A stretch of DNA of 64,000 nucleotides, from IMG/VR virus record IMGVR_UViG_3300037400_006466, positions 1 to 64,000 of that record. The stretch is one strand, 5' to 3'. Shown piece after piece: positions 17,722 through 29,135 of this stretch. The notes beneath the pieces are model-generated. The model was not told the DNA's origin. It made no database searches and saw nothing but the letters and a program-made list of their open reading frames with translations. This stretch comes from a virus. Its lineage: Duplodnaviria; Heunggongvirae; Uroviricota; Caudoviricetes. The stretch's first letter is position 1; the number at the start of each line of letters is the position of its first letter. The translations under genes were made by a program, and so were the position numbers.

Positions 17722-20700
17722 TCAGTTCTGTGAGGTATCTGTTCCATTATCTGAAGACCCTCCTACATGATGAAGCATAATATTGAATGATATATGGTTC
17801 TTCAACTCATCATATATGATAGGAAGATACTCAAGCTCATAGATGACCTCTCTGTCATCATAGGCTCCGTTCTTGCTTGCAAGGTCTCTTCCCAAGAGCT
17901 GGACATTGGTGACTCCCACATAACTGTTCATACCTTGACTGTATCTGTTGAAATCAAAACAGTTATATGTATATGATGTTCTCTCATTCACAAGGGAAAT
18001 GGAGTTTCCATTATAAACCTTAAGATTGTTGTTATAGGCCTTTAAGGTCTTATCATCATTGAGGTCCATAGTGATTCCACCAGTGAAGTTTATGTAGAAC
18101 TTCTCTCTGTCATCAGAAGGGATTACAGTTACAGCTGATACATTATTGTCTGAATGATAGATGTCATTCACTGCTGAGTATATCTCCCTATATTCCAAAG
18201 TACCCAGAGAGTTCTTTTTCACACTATACTTATGGAACTCAGCCCTTGACTTGTTTCCCTGACACCACAGATTCAGTCTCCTCACCCAAGGAGCCTTGAG
18301 ATATCTTATTCTTGAGGAAGGTGAGACCTCCTCAACTGCACATGAATCTATGAAGCTCGCTGCCCTGTATGCTCCAGGAATAGGCCTATATGTCTCATTG
18401 GCAGAGACTATGTTGGGCTTGAACTGTATAGGGATAAAGGTCTCAACAATCTTGTTTCCCTTCTGATAAGTCTTTCTGAACATAGGCATAGTATGGGAGA
18501 CAATTATCATTGACTTATCATAAGGTTGACCTTCCTCATAAGCTTCAGATAATCCCAGCCTGTATTTCCTGGCTTCTTTCCATTTGACTGATGCTCCCTT
18601 GAATCTCATATAATCATCAACTTCATCAAGGTCTGATATGCTTCTGAGGACTCTGATATCGAATTCCACGGATTCTGCAATAACAGGATCATCAGTTGAC
18701 CCACTGTAGGTTACCCATCCGTCTGAATCAGTATTGGTGACCTCTAAGGTGCAGGTCTCCACAACGTCATTACCTACATAAAGCCTTCCTGAAGCTCCAA
18801 GGACTTCCATGTTGGTTCCTTTTTTCAGCTTCAATGAAATATCATATACAGCATTGACCTTGGCAGTACCCTTGTTATATCTGAATCTTATGTGACCATC
18901 ACTTATATCATCCCTGACAAATACTCTCAGACTGTCTCTGACATTAGGATCATCGTAGCTAAGGTCATTGAACAAAAGACCAAGAGGTCTGAATGTCCAG
19001 CAGTTATTATCAAACTTCTCCAGAGGAACTGTTATTATGTTATTGAGACTTGACAGTGATGACACTCTCTCAATGAAGGCGCTGTTAAGATAAGGGATTC
19101 TCCAAGCAGGAACCTGATAACTGCAAAGCCTGTATGAGGTTTCATCAGTATAATTCTTTGATTCCTCGTTGGGGAGAGCCTTAGGACTTAACTTCAGAAG
19201 GAACTCCTTATCTGAAAGGGACCAATTTCCCTTAGAGAATCTCAGAATATCAGGATTAATATAGGAGAATCCTCCTATAAGTCCACAAGACTGTGACACA
19301 AGGTCTTTCACAACATTGGTGGAGTTCTTGCTGTTGGGGAATATCTGGTTATAATGATATCTTATGATATCTGCCTCTGATATATTGAGATTTCTTAAGC
19401 TGTCATTGGCATCATAGGCCTGTATGGTGTTCAATCTGTAACGGTATATGTTATTGAATCCCTCAGGGTCCACCAATTCATAGGTATAGGTGCCATCCTC
19501 ATTAGGTGTCTCTTCCTTCACTTTGAGCTTATCAAGATACCTTATCTGATATGCATTCTCCATGTCTGAATTATATCTGGCAAGAGAGTTATTACCATTG
19601 GAATAAGGGTCACCCAGTCCTTCTCCTTCAGAACTCCATGACCATGTTCCATTCACTGTGTTTCCATAGTATCCGAAGCTCTGGTCATCTATATGACTGA
19701 AAGCCCCTATCCCTGATTCTCCGGATTCTGTATAAACATACTTGCTTAAATCAGAAGGTGAGTCATTGCTCTTTATGTTGACAGGATGTGAATCATCCTT
19801 ATTCTTTCTATACCTGAACTCTGAGATATTTGAGGTGTAGTCAAACAGAATCTTATAGGATTTTCCTGCAAGAAGGGTTATCTTGTTTATCTCATCCTCA
19901 TTTCCGTTCAACATGGACAGAAGATTCTCATCATCAGAGAAGATTCCATCTTCCCCTCCTTTAATGATTATTGGGTCTATGAGGTCATCATCCTCAGACC
20001 CTATTGTAAGAGAGGTCTCTTTGCCTCTGTCATATCCGTTCACATAGAAGGCTTCCACATAGTTATTTGACAGGAACATGGTGCTGTTTTTCCTTATGAC
20101 AACACCCTCATCAAGGGTTTTCTTGTCAAGGTACACTATTCCATCCTCAGAACCTGATACCCTTATGAAATACTGGTCAATATCCTCAGCTATAGGAGAG
20201 ACTTCTGAGTATTCATTGGAATCTGAATCCTTCTTATAATAGGTCTGACCTTCCTTGAAGGAAGTGGCCTCTATGAACTTGAATGCCTTATTAGGGTCAT
20301 TGGAGGCTACCAGTGTCCAGTCAAGCTCATAATCCTCTGTACTGTTATCTGATGTCATCTTACCTGCAACACCATTCTTGACACCATAGACATAGAGGTT
20401 TATCTTCATCTTTCTGTGCGGGAAAGTGAGGTTGTCATCAGGATTGACTCTGTTTGAGGAGCTCTTCAGTGTGGCCTCAATCTCAGAATAACCGTATTCC
20501 TTAGGAAGTTCCTCAGGTATGCTGTACTCCAGTATCTCCTCATCAGTCATCTCCTTAGGAGTGCCAGATACCTCAACCTTGAAGCTCATTGTTCCATAAA
20601 GGGTATTGTAGTCTTTTGATCCTCCTGAGAACTCAGCATCTGTGAAAGGAAGTATCTTCAAAGGATACTTGCAGGTGAATATATATTCACCTTCCTTGAG

Positions 20701-23700
20701 AGTCCTTATGGCATCCCATTTATTGTAAAGATAGTTCACAGACTTGTCTGTATCATAAACGAAATACTCATAGGAATCCTGGAATATCTCATTCTCATCA
20801 GTTATCTCTATATAGTCAATATATTTATTATCAACAATTCCTAATCTGTATATGGAATCATATCCATGAATCTCAGCGTATCTTACAACCTTAAGGTCAT
20901 CACCTTCCAGTGAGGCAATATTGACTGATATACCCTTGAATCCCTCTTTCTTCAATGTACATGGAACAGGTATCCTTATCTCATTGTAATAGGTTGTGGC
21001 TCTTAGGAACGAGGTCAACGTTCTTGAAAGAAGGAAATCCCTTACACTGAACTTATCCAAATAGGATATCTCATCATCCTGTGGAGGTATACAAAGAGGA
21101 AGAAGAATATAGTTTTTCTCAGAGCCTTTTATTGTGGTATTATCCAGAACAGCCATGGTACCATCAATTGATGGAATATACCTCAGAGATACGTTTGACC
21201 CTCTGGCCATGAACCATGAGAAATTGGTTTCTGGACTGACAGTGAAGTTTATGTCAAGGTCAGCTGAATATTTAAAGTAATCATCAGTTGAATCAGACTT
21301 CATAGGAATGGTTACACTGTCTGTGGATATAAGACCATAATCATTGTTAAGTCTCAGATAGTTCATGGACTTTATGGCTTCATCCTTACAGGATATAGGC
21401 TGTATAAGGGACAGAACCATACTGACATAACTATTCTGATTTAAAATATGACTGACATTATTATGTATCAAAGTAGTATTCTGTGAGAATGACCTTCCAT
21501 TAAATACCTCAAAGTCCTCAAGAAGGGTCTGTTCCACACAGTCATTGAGATATGTCCTTACTGTATCTCCTTCATAATAAACGTTATATATGTCTGAGTC
21601 ATCAATAGGGTTCTTATAGTACTCATAATATTGAGGACTGTTAGGGTCAGCCTCCTCCTTTGATATAGGATACATATCCACAATTATGGAATCCCATACG
21701 CTTCTGTTGAAAGCCCTAAGAGCTCCTATCTTCTTGATTCCATAAGGAGTGGTGTTATCTGCAGCATTATCAACCATCCTTATAAGGGCATTATCCACAT
21801 ATATAGAATGAGCCAACTTATAATTGGAAGGTGAATAGGAATACAACTCCCTGAGCATTCCTGAATTGAGTATCCTTAATTCTGATGCATCTCTGCCAAC
21901 ATTATAGAGTCTGAAATCATAGACATCTCCTATGAATCCATCAAACAAATCCTTATTTAGACTAAAACTGCTGGTATCTACTGGTTCAGGAGCATTATTA
22001 TCAATGACCATATAATCCTGTGATATTGAGATTCTATGATCTCCAGGAGGACATTCAACAGAGACTCCACATACTGATATATTCTGATTCTCAGACTTTG
22101 TATTGTTTACATGGAAGCAGATTGCCCATCTGGATAAATCTACATTATTTTCTCCTATACCCACCTGATACAATCTAAATGAGTCTCCAGATATAGAGGA
22201 ATCATTTCCTTTGCTTTCAAAATGAATCACAGGAACTGATAAAGAATCCCTATAGATATCTGAGAATCTCTCTTTTTCTGGATCGAAGAATATCTTCTTA
22301 AGAGAATTGTCAGAGCCCAGCATATAATATCCAGAGGTGTATGAGTCTATATCATCTGAGAAATAATAAAGTATGTTGCTGTAAAATGAGGACGGAATGC
22401 TTTGTGCGTTCTCTATTGTGACAATTCTATCATAGATTATATCTTTGGAGGTATCCCTGTTATCTCCGAAAATCAATGAGGTGCTGAGGGAATTATCTTC
22501 CTTACTCAGATATATCCCCTTATAGGTACTCTTATACCAAGGGAGCATACTGAAATTGGACTCTGTGATGCTCTCACCGTCTACTATGATAGTTCTCTCT
22601 CCCATGACATCACCACAAAGGTAATCGAGGTGCCTCATCCTAGTCAGATTACAGAGAGCTGTATCCTCAGAAGGCATACTGTTATTGAGAACATAGTATT
22701 CCTCATCATCTCCTGTATCCACAGTGTTCTTAGTATCTATGAGTTTGGATATAGGGGCCTTAAGAGCAGGCTTATGTCTTAGAGGACTTGCGCTTTCTTC
22801 TGTGAAATTAAGGAAAGGATTGAGATAGTAAACCAGTCCCATCCAGTCTGGCCTGAAGGAATCACCTTCCTTCAAAATACCATGGGGGAATACTCTTATA
22901 GGCTCAGACCATGAGAACTTGACTCCTTCTTCCTCTATTCTCTTTACTGTAAAGTATACTGATTTCAATGAGTCAGTAGGAGCACTTACAGGAACAGGGG
23001 TGAACTGCAGCCTTGATATGAAAGTGGAGTAATCAGGACTGCTGGCATCAAGGTTGCCTGGATCCACACCATAAATATGAACAATATCATTGTTGCTTAT
23101 TCCAGAGGAAATATCATATTCATTACTAAGCCTTGTGTCAGGTAAATCAGTTTCTGAGAATGTGAAATATGCCTCAGAGAACCCTTGGGTCTCAACATCA
23201 TCATACCATGATGTTCCACCATCATACCCTAATTTCATTCCCTCTATGGCCTCATCAGTCAGACCTCTATAAGTGAGAGGAATAAGTCCTATATTGTATC
23301 TTGTGAACTTCTCAAACTCCTTATATTCTGACTTCAATACGCCATCTTCATAAAAACTAGGAGCTCCTTGATGCTTCATTCTTATTACAGTCATCAGGGT
23401 AGATTTGACTGAGGTTATCTTGAAATCATTTTTTGTATCAGAACCTTGAGGAGCAGGAGCATTATATTTTATCAGATTATGGTAGAGCTTTACTTTCTCT
23501 ATTTCATTAGAGTCTTCAGCCCTCTCAATCTTATATGTAAAGTATTCGTAAGGGACGCTCAGTCTGTCATTCACCTCTATATAGGTGCTTATCTGAACTC
23601 CAAAGGTTATATCCTCATTGACCTTTGATTTCTGATTAGAGTAGTACTCAAGGTAATTCAGCCATGAGGTGTCCATCAGACACAATCCGTTTCCATTGGA

Positions 23701-25386
23701 GATAGGATAAGTCACAAACTGATAATCACCTTGTTTCTGAAGAATATTCCTATGATACAGTATATCATCTGCAGTCACATCCAGAACACTTCCATATACT
23801 GAGGATAAATCAACTTTTCCTTGAAAGTTATCAAGAGTTCTATATATGCTCTTCTTTGTAATTTCATCAATTTCAGTCTCATCTAGAGTCCTATATCTGA
23901 GTTTTTCCAATCCATCCTCTGTTATCTCAACAAGCATATCCAAGGTATCTGGATTCCTCAAAACAGAATCTCTAGCCAGAAGACCAGGCATATTATCCCA
24001 TAATATGAGATTAGAGCTATCCCTATAGAAATTCGTTCTATATATTGCCCTTGAATCACCTCCTAAAGTCGGAGCCAAGGATTCATATTTATATATATCC
24101 TTAGGAACAACATATCCGGGAAGAACATCAGAAGGTAAATCAGAATCTATGGCCTTATGGAACAGCTCATTATTATATTGCTTACCCTCTTTACCAGAAG
24201 AATATTTACTTCTTAGATAATTTACATCTGATGATGAATAGAATAGAGGTATAAGTGTTCCAAGAGGAATCTTATTCATCTCATCTGGCTTATCATAGTA
24301 GATTGATATAGGGTTAAGACTATCCAATGAGGAATTATACTCTGTGAATATTCCTGGGATATTGGGAAGTCTAAGAGGTCTGTTGTCATTGTAAGACTTC
24401 ACAAGACCTATAAGGTTGCCTTCCTCATCATAGTATCCTTTGACAGGAGCATTGATATCTCCTGCTGTGACAACACCTACATAACTTCCTGTCTTTCCTA
24501 TTGAAGACATCAGAAGCATATAAAGGCTATATGTTCCAGCGAACTTTCTTCTGAGAAGTTCCCCTCTTATATCCTGAAGTTTGTATACAAGATATTCCTC
24601 TTTCTTCTCCTCATAGGTTATCTGTCCGCTTCCATACATGGATTCAACCCAGTCTGACAGGAACCCTGAATACTCAGGATTGAAATCTATGAATGAATAT
24701 GTGGAGTTGACTTTCTTCTCCACTATATCCTCCATGTAATCAAGGCATCCTATCTCATGACCATAGAACTTATAATCTGAGTCATAGACTTCTGAGTTCT
24801 CCTCATCTGTGGTCTTGAATCCTATCCTAGATTCAACATCCCCTGTATTGCTGTACAGCATATTGGAGAGGGCATTGAACATCTTTGCATTGAGATACTG
24901 GTTCTCAAATATATAGGGATATCTCATCTTGTTATAGATATCAAGAACCATTGAGTTCTTGACATATCCTATGGAATCCCTGAACCAAGTCATCCAGAAA
25001 TCATTGTCTTGTAGTGGAGAAGGAACATTGGTTACACCTATATCTCTAGTGGCAGACAGAAGAATATCATTCTCATCAAACACACTGTAGGGCTCCATGT
25101 AATAGAAAGGAACTTCTTCAGTTATGATATCAAGGAGTCCCCAGTTATCTTTATTGTCTATAACCCTGTTGTAGAAAAGAGGAGAAATATGTCTAGTGTA
25201 CTGTCCAGGATTAGTTTCCCCGCTGTCTATTTCCAGAGGTATCTCAATGGTGCAATCCTCGAACTCATAAAACAGATATGACCCGTTCTTGATGACATCA
25301 GAGATGTCATTCATGGTCTGCTTATTCTTATCTTCAGCATCATATCCATCAGGATAAGGAAAATGTGTTCTAATTTCTTCTGCCAT
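17722..25386 (-). CDS. Giant 2554-aa baseplate/tail-fibre attachment protein (gp7-like position)
   Basis: Follows gp6-like wedge; LLRRKFAGT; internal LamG-like FIGDVYDFRLYN. Confidence 0.6.
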   Translation of the reverse strand: MAEEIRTHFPYPDGYDAEDKNKQTMNDISDVIKNGSYLFYEFEDCTIEIPLEIDSGETNPGQYTRHISPLFYNRVIDNKDNWGLLDIITEEVPFYYMEPYSVFDENDILLSATRDIGVTNVPSPLQDNDFWMTWFRDSIGYVKNSMVLDIYNKMRYPYIFENQYLNAKMFNALSNMLYSNTGDVESRIGFKTTDEENSEVYDSDYKFYGHEIGCLDYMEDIVEKKVNSTYSFIDFNPEYSGFLSDWVESMYGSGQITYEEKKEEYLVYKLQDIRGELLRRKFAGTYSLYMLLMSSIGKTGSYVGVVTAGDINAPVKGYYDEEGNLIGLVKSYNDNRPLRLPNIPGIFTEYNSSLDSLNPISIYYDKPDEMNKIPLGTLIPLFYSSSDVNYLRSKYSSGKEGKQYNNELFHKAIDSDLPSDVLPGYVVPKDIYKYESLAPTLGGDSRAIYRTNFYRDSSNLILWDNMPGLLARDSVLRNPDTLDMLVEITEDGLEKLRYRTLDETEIDEITKKSIYRTLDNFQGKVDLSSVYGSVLDVTADDILYHRNILQKQGDYQFVTYPISNGNGLCLMDTSWLNYLEYYSNQKSKVNEDITFGVQISTYIEVNDRLSVPYEYFTYKIERAEDSNEIEKVKLYHNLIKYNAPAPQGSDTKNDFKITSVKSTLMTVIRMKHQGAPSFYEDGVLKSEYKEFEKFTRYNIGLIPLTYRGLTDEAIEGMKLGYDGGTSWYDDVETQGFSEAYFTFSETDLPDTRLSNEYDISSGISNNDIVHIYGVDPGNLDASSPDYSTFISRLQFTPVPVSAPTDSLKSVYFTVKRIEEEGVKFSWSEPIRVFPHGILKEGDSFRPDWMGLVYYLNPFLNFTEESASPLRHKPALKAPISKLIDTKNTVDTGDDEEYYVLNNSMPSEDTALCNLTRMRHLDYLCGDVMGERTIIVDGESITESNFSMLPWYKSTYKGIYLSKEDNSLSTSLIFGDNRDTSKDIIYDRIVTIENAQSIPSSFYSNILYYFSDDIDSYTSGYYMLGSDNSLKKIFFDPEKERFSDIYRDSLSVPVIHFESKGNDSSISGDSFRLYQVGIGENNVDLSRWAICFHVNNTKSENQNISVCGVSVECPPGDHRISISQDYMVIDNNAPEPVDTSSFSLNKDLFDGFIGDVYDFRLYNVGRDASELRILNSGMLRELYSYSPSNYKLAHSIYVDNALIRMVDNAADNTTPYGIKKIGALRAFNRSVWDSIIVDMYPISKEEADPNSPQYYEYYKNPIDDSDIYNVYYEGDTVRTYLNDCVEQTLLEDFEVFNGRSFSQNTTLIHNNVSHILNQNSYVSMVLSLIQPISCKDEAIKSMNYLRLNNDYGLISTDSVTIPMKSDSTDDYFKYSADLDINFTVSPETNFSWFMARGSNVSLRYIPSIDGTMAVLDNTTIKGSEKNYILLPLCIPPQDDEISYLDKFSVRDFLLSRTLTSFLRATTYYNEIRIPVPCTLKKEGFKGISVNIASLEGDDLKVVRYAEIHGYDSIYRLGIVDNKYIDYIEITDENEIFQDSYEYFVYDTDKSVNYLYNKWDAIRTLKEGEYIFTCKYPLKILPFTDAEFSGGSKDYNTLYGTMSFKVEVSGTPKEMTDEEILEYSIPEELPKEYGYSEIEATLKSSSNRVNPDDNLTFPHRKMKINLYVYGVKNGVAGKMTSDNSTEDYELDWTLVASNDPNKAFKFIEATSFKEGQTYYKKDSDSNEYSEVSPIAEDIDQYFIRVSGSEDGIVYLDKKTLDEGVVIRKNSTMFLSNNYVEAFYVNGYDRGKETSLTIGSEDDDLIDPIIIKGGEDGIFSDDENLLSMLNGNEDEINKITLLAGKSYKILFDYTSNISEFRYRKNKDDSHPVNIKSNDSPSDLSKYVYTESGESGIGAFSHIDDQSFGYYGNTVNGTWSWSSEGEGLGDPYSNGNNSLARYNSDMENAYQIRYLDKLKVKEETPNEDGTYTYELVDPEGFNNIYRYRLNTIQAYDANDSLRNLNISEADIIRYHYNQIFPNSKNSTNVVKDLVSQSCGLIGGFSYINPDILRFSKGNWSLSDKEFLLKLSPKALPNEESKNYTDETSYRLCSYQVPAWRIPYLNSAFIERVSSLSSLNNIITVPLEKFDNNCWTFRPLGLLFNDLSYDDPNVRDSLRVFVRDDISDGHIRFRYNKGTAKVNAVYDISLKLKKGTNMEVLGASGRLYVGNDVVETCTLEVTNTDSDGWVTYSGSTDDPVIAESVEFDIRVLRSISDLDEVDDYMRFKGASVKWKEARKYRLGLSEAYEEGQPYDKSMIIVSHTMPMFRKTYQKGNKIVETFIPIQFKPNIVSANETYRPIPGAYRAASFIDSCAVEEVSPSSRIRYLKAPWVRRLNLWCQGNKSRAEFHKYSVKKNSLGTLEYREIYSAVNDIYHSDNNVSAVTVIPSDDREKFYINFTGGITMDLNDDKTLKAYNNNLKVYNGNSISLVNERTSYTYNCFDFNRYSQGMNSYVGVTNVQLLGRDLASKNGAYDDREVIYELEYLPIIYDELKNHISFNIMLHHVGGSSDNGTDTSQN

Positions 25387-25410
25387 AATTCAATAAATCC
25401 GAATATAAAA

Positions 25411-28008
25411 TCAATCAGAATAGGAACAGTTCACAGATATGAATCTGGCCTGTTTCTCAGAAGTCAAATTGGTTGTCACAGCTGTGGTGTTTCCACCCTC
25501 AGTGACTTCTGAATCATATGTGTCTATATAAAGTATTTCATTACTTCCGTTGAATCCAGACTCCTTGGAGAGAAGAGCTGACTGCAACTTAAGGTTACTG
25601 TCATTAGGCCTCATACAGATATATATCTCCAGATAATTGGATATGAGGTCTCTGAACTCATTGAAAGCATCAACATTGGTGGTGTCACACTTGAGAATAC
25701 TGAGAGGACACTTGCTCAGCTTTGCCTGAACAGTCGGGTCATAGAGAGCATACTCTCTGAGAACATTGTATATCTCATCAAAGGATATCTCAATCCATCC
25801 TGCTCCGACATTCTCATCCCCACCTTTCTCAGTATCATAGTTTCCAGAGAAATAGATGAGATAATTCTCTATTGTACCTCTTGATGAAGCATTTCTCAAA
25901 GCTATCTTTCCTTTGTTTATGTCATTCTTCAAAAGGCTGTAGCTGTTATCATCATAGACCTTCTTCTTGAAGTCAACCATATAGGATGTCTCTATATGGT
26001 TAGCTGAACCTAGCTCATCATAATTGGCTGATGATATGAGAACATCTGGATCAGGCCATAGAGCCTCTGAACCTGTTCCCTCAGACAGGACATAGAACTT
26101 CTTTTGAGTTCTTTTCCTTGTCTTGTTCTTGTCTGAATCTATGAACAGGCTTCTGTTCATTCCTATGTCTCCACCCATGGTCTTAGGTGTCTTATACAGG
26201 AAATCAATCCTCATCACATATTCTGCTCCAGTGTCATAATCCTTGAATCCTTCCTTTGAGGTAAGATTCCCCTTGAATACTGTACTGAAATCAAAAGGTA
26301 TCCTACAGGTATGGGCAGTCTGTTTGGATACTGTAGCTGATGATGATGTGTCAGAAGTTCCCCAAGGGTTTATTCTCTCAGCTTCCATCCAATCCAACTT
26401 TTTGACAGCCTCCACTTCCATGGAGATATTCTTTATTTTACCAGCAAAATTGTTGAGTATGCTGGATTCCTCTTCTGACCTATAGAAGTCCCTTCCGAAA
26501 TCAAGGCTGTTGGAGTTAGGGCTCCATCTGTCATTCACAAAATTGAATATCTGATTGCTCAGGCTCTGAGATTCAACACCACTTTGGTTTCTTATCTCAC
26601 ATTCCAATCCCAATGCAAATGAGGTGTAAATTGGTGGAACAAATCTGATTGTATCCTGAGGAGACTTGAGTCTGCTGAGTCCGTAATTCAATGATTTGTT
26701 TATTGAATCACAGATATCCTGCTTGTTTTGACCTGTTATTCTGTCCTCAAGATTCGTTCCTATGAAAGAGACATTGGTGACTGGGTTTCTCATGTTACCC
26801 TGTTCCTCATATCCTCCATATACCTGTACCTTTTTAGGAGTGATTATGAATGAGTCTGTGGTCCCATCAGATGCCTTAATGTCAATAGGGAACTCAGTGT
26901 TAAGGATAACCCTCTGATAATTCTCCTTTGTGGCTATTCCGTAATACTTTATATATTCCTTTGCGGCATTTGACTTTATCTGTGATATGGTTTCTTCATC
27001 AGAGCCTCCCTCCATAGCGGAGTAGTTGATTCCATAAAGTCTTACCAAACCGTTTGTGGAGGTGCTTGCGTTATCAATGTAGAAGGTGTTGTATAATCCT
27101 TCCATATTGGAATCGGAACCTCTTGATTCTACATAATCTATTCTGATTCCAGATACGCTGGAATTGGATGACAAATCCAGATATCCCCCATGATAAGGGT
27201 CATTCTTGAACTTAAGATAGAAAAGATCCTGATTATAGAGGTCGTTGTAAAGCTCAACATCCTGGTCTCCATCAGAGGAGAGAAGAAGACTATCCACCAC
27301 CCTGTATGAATCCAGCTGTGCCTCTGAACCCTCACCTATCTGAACATAGACATTGAGAAGGCCTCTTGATGCTATTGTGGTGGCGGCCTCACAATCCTTA
27401 AGTATAAAAGGAATGTAAAGATACTTATTGAGCTTGCTTATTGTGGATACCCTTCTTATGGTGTCTATGTTTATGAACTTGGTCTTTCTTACACCTTGCA
27501 TCACATCCACTGATGTGAAAGGCTCACTTGCCTCCAAAGTCACAGGGGAAAGGACAACATAGGAGAGACCTCTTGAATCCTTTACTGTACAGGCAGGGGT
27601 TATTCTGACAGGGCTCTGAGGTTTTATCCAGCTGTTGTTCAATGAGCTTGTGGCACTTAAAGTAGGATTCTTAAGGGCCTGAAGGCTTTCCATGGTTATG
27701 GTGCTGCCCACATAGGATATCTTGGAATCCAATGAAACGTAGAGTTTACCGTGAGCAGATACTTTTCTCTTGGGCTGATATCCCAGCATATTGGCCATGC
27801 TCACAATGGAGCTTCTGTTCCTTGCGGTGTCCCATCTTGACTCATTGAAAAGATATTCAGCATACCTCATGGCTTCAGCATCAGCTTCAGAGTTATGTCT
27901 TATAAGGGAAGTCATGACGCTGTTGTTCAGCATCGGCTTCCAATCAGGGTCTTCATTAAGGTTATATGCAATTCTCTGAATTATGGAATCAGCATCGAAT
28001 TTCATCAT
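25411..28008 (-). CDS. Baseplate wedge subunit (T4 gp6-like)
   Basis: NESRWDTARNRSSIVSMANMLGYQPKRKVSA; GGSDEETISQIKSNA. Confidence 0.85.
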   Translation of the reverse strand: MMKFDADSIIQRIAYNLNEDPDWKPMLNNSVMTSLIRHNSEADAEAMRYAEYLFNESRWDTARNRSSIVSMANMLGYQPKRKVSAHGKLYVSLDSKISYVGSTITMESLQALKNPTLSATSSLNNSWIKPQSPVRITPACTVKDSRGLSYVVLSPVTLEASEPFTSVDVMQGVRKTKFINIDTIRRVSTISKLNKYLYIPFILKDCEAATTIASRGLLNVYVQIGEGSEAQLDSYRVVDSLLLSSDGDQDVELYNDLYNQDLFYLKFKNDPYHGGYLDLSSNSSVSGIRIDYVESRGSDSNMEGLYNTFYIDNASTSTNGLVRLYGINYSAMEGGSDEETISQIKSNAAKEYIKYYGIATKENYQRVILNTEFPIDIKASDGTTDSFIITPKKVQVYGGYEEQGNMRNPVTNVSFIGTNLEDRITGQNKQDICDSINKSLNYGLSRLKSPQDTIRFVPPIYTSFALGLECEIRNQSGVESQSLSNQIFNFVNDRWSPNSNSLDFGRDFYRSEEESSILNNFAGKIKNISMEVEAVKKLDWMEAERINPWGTSDTSSSATVSKQTAHTCRIPFDFSTVFKGNLTSKEGFKDYDTGAEYVMRIDFLYKTPKTMGGDIGMNRSLFIDSDKNKTRKRTQKKFYVLSEGTGSEALWPDPDVLISSANYDELGSANHIETSYMVDFKKKVYDDNSYSLLKNDINKGKIALRNASSRGTIENYLIYFSGNYDTEKGGDENVGAGWIEISFDEIYNVLREYALYDPTVQAKLSKCPLSILKCDTTNVDAFNEFRDLISNYLEIYICMRPNDSNLKLQSALLSKESGFNGSNEILYIDTYDSEVTEGGNTTAVTTNLTSEKQARFISVNCSYSD

Positions 28009-28451
28009 AAACGGGCCTCCGTATTCACAGGGAACGTAGTTCCAAGATATCTGTTCTGTACAATCATCTCCAACTTAAGAGTCCTTCTTCCTTTATCAAT
28101 TGTAAGGTCTATGAAAAGAAGGACCAGTTCTCCGTTGAACTCTTCATTGAACCTTCTGGTTATCTCACCTTTCCAGTACTCAAGATTAGGGGAATTGGCT
28201 ATTGTTCCCAACAAATCATAGAGGACACCACCTTTAAGGTATGACCTTACGTAATCATCCCTTTTGGATGAAAGCCAAAAAAGGACTCTGTTGACATCTG
28301 CATCGGGTTCATTCAGAACCAGACTGTTCTTTGAGGGATTCCTTGAATCATATCCTCTGTAATTGAGGTCAACTCTGGTCAGACCTCTATATATATTCTT
28401 ATTTACACTGGATGACTGCAAATCAGTCATTATAGGTGAATTGTTAGTCAT
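28005..28451 (-). CDS. Baseplate gp25-like protein
   Basis: WLSSKRDDYVR..GG.L; immediately upstream of gp6-like gene. Confidence 0.65.
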   Translation of the reverse strand: MTNNSPIMTDLQSSSVNKNIYRGLTRVDLNYRGYDSRNPSKNSLVLNEPDADVNRVLFWLSSKRDDYVRSYLKGGVLYDLLGTIANSPNLEYWKGEITRRFNEEFNGELVLLFIDLTIDKGRRTLKLEMIVQNRYLGTTFPVNTEARL

Positions 28452-28465
28452 TGTCTATATCTCTC

Positions 28466-29062
28466 TCAGTCTCTCGCAGAACGAACAACATCTGTTCCGC
28501 TAGATATCCCTGTATTGCCAACATTCAGGGTCTCCCATTTCCAGGATTCCACATTATATGTCAATGAATGGGTAATAACACTCCCTGAACCCCATCCCAG
28601 TCCTAATCCTCCAGTATTCGTAGGAAGGATTATCATTGAGACACACTCATTTGTATTGGGAAGAAAAATCCGTAATTTCCTATAAAGATTCAAATAGTCA
28701 TCACTGTTGACATCATGGCTGACATAGAAATCACCGTTCTTGTCATAGAACTGTGACAGCCACTTCTCATGATATCTCTTAACTGACCATTTCTCATCTT
28801 CCCTTAAAGTAATGGATACTGTATCAGTTCTTTTGTATGCAGATCCATCAAGCTGGAATCTTTTGGTCACATCATTCCTTTTCATTGTGATAGATTCTCC
28901 ATCCATATCAACCTTGGGAGAATGATATCTGAATATATTTGTGATATCCTCATCAAGATTATCCTTAAGAGGATATAATTCCAGCGTATAAAGGTTGCTG
29001 AAAGCAGGAGAGAAATTATATATATTACTTAATGAGCTCTCATCTACGTTCAAATAGGCCAT
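28466..29062 (-). CDS. Tail tube-like paralog 4 (gp54/gp48-like)
   Basis: NLY motif, VSITLREDE..YHEKW. Confidence 0.6.
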   Translation of the reverse strand: MAYLNVDESSLSNIYNFSPAFSNLYTLELYPLKDNLDEDITNIFRYHSPKVDMDGESITMKRNDVTKRFQLDGSAYKRTDTVSITLREDEKWSVKRYHEKWLSQFYDKNGDFYVSHDVNSDDYLNLYRKLRIFLPNTNECVSMIILPTNTGGLGLGWGSGSVITHSLTYNVESWKWETLNVGNTGISSGTDVVRSARD

Positions 29063-29135
29063 AGAAAAATTAGTCTAAACAGAGAGTGCGTTAAATTATT
29101 ACAGAGATACAGATAAAAAGAAAAATAAAGAGCTC

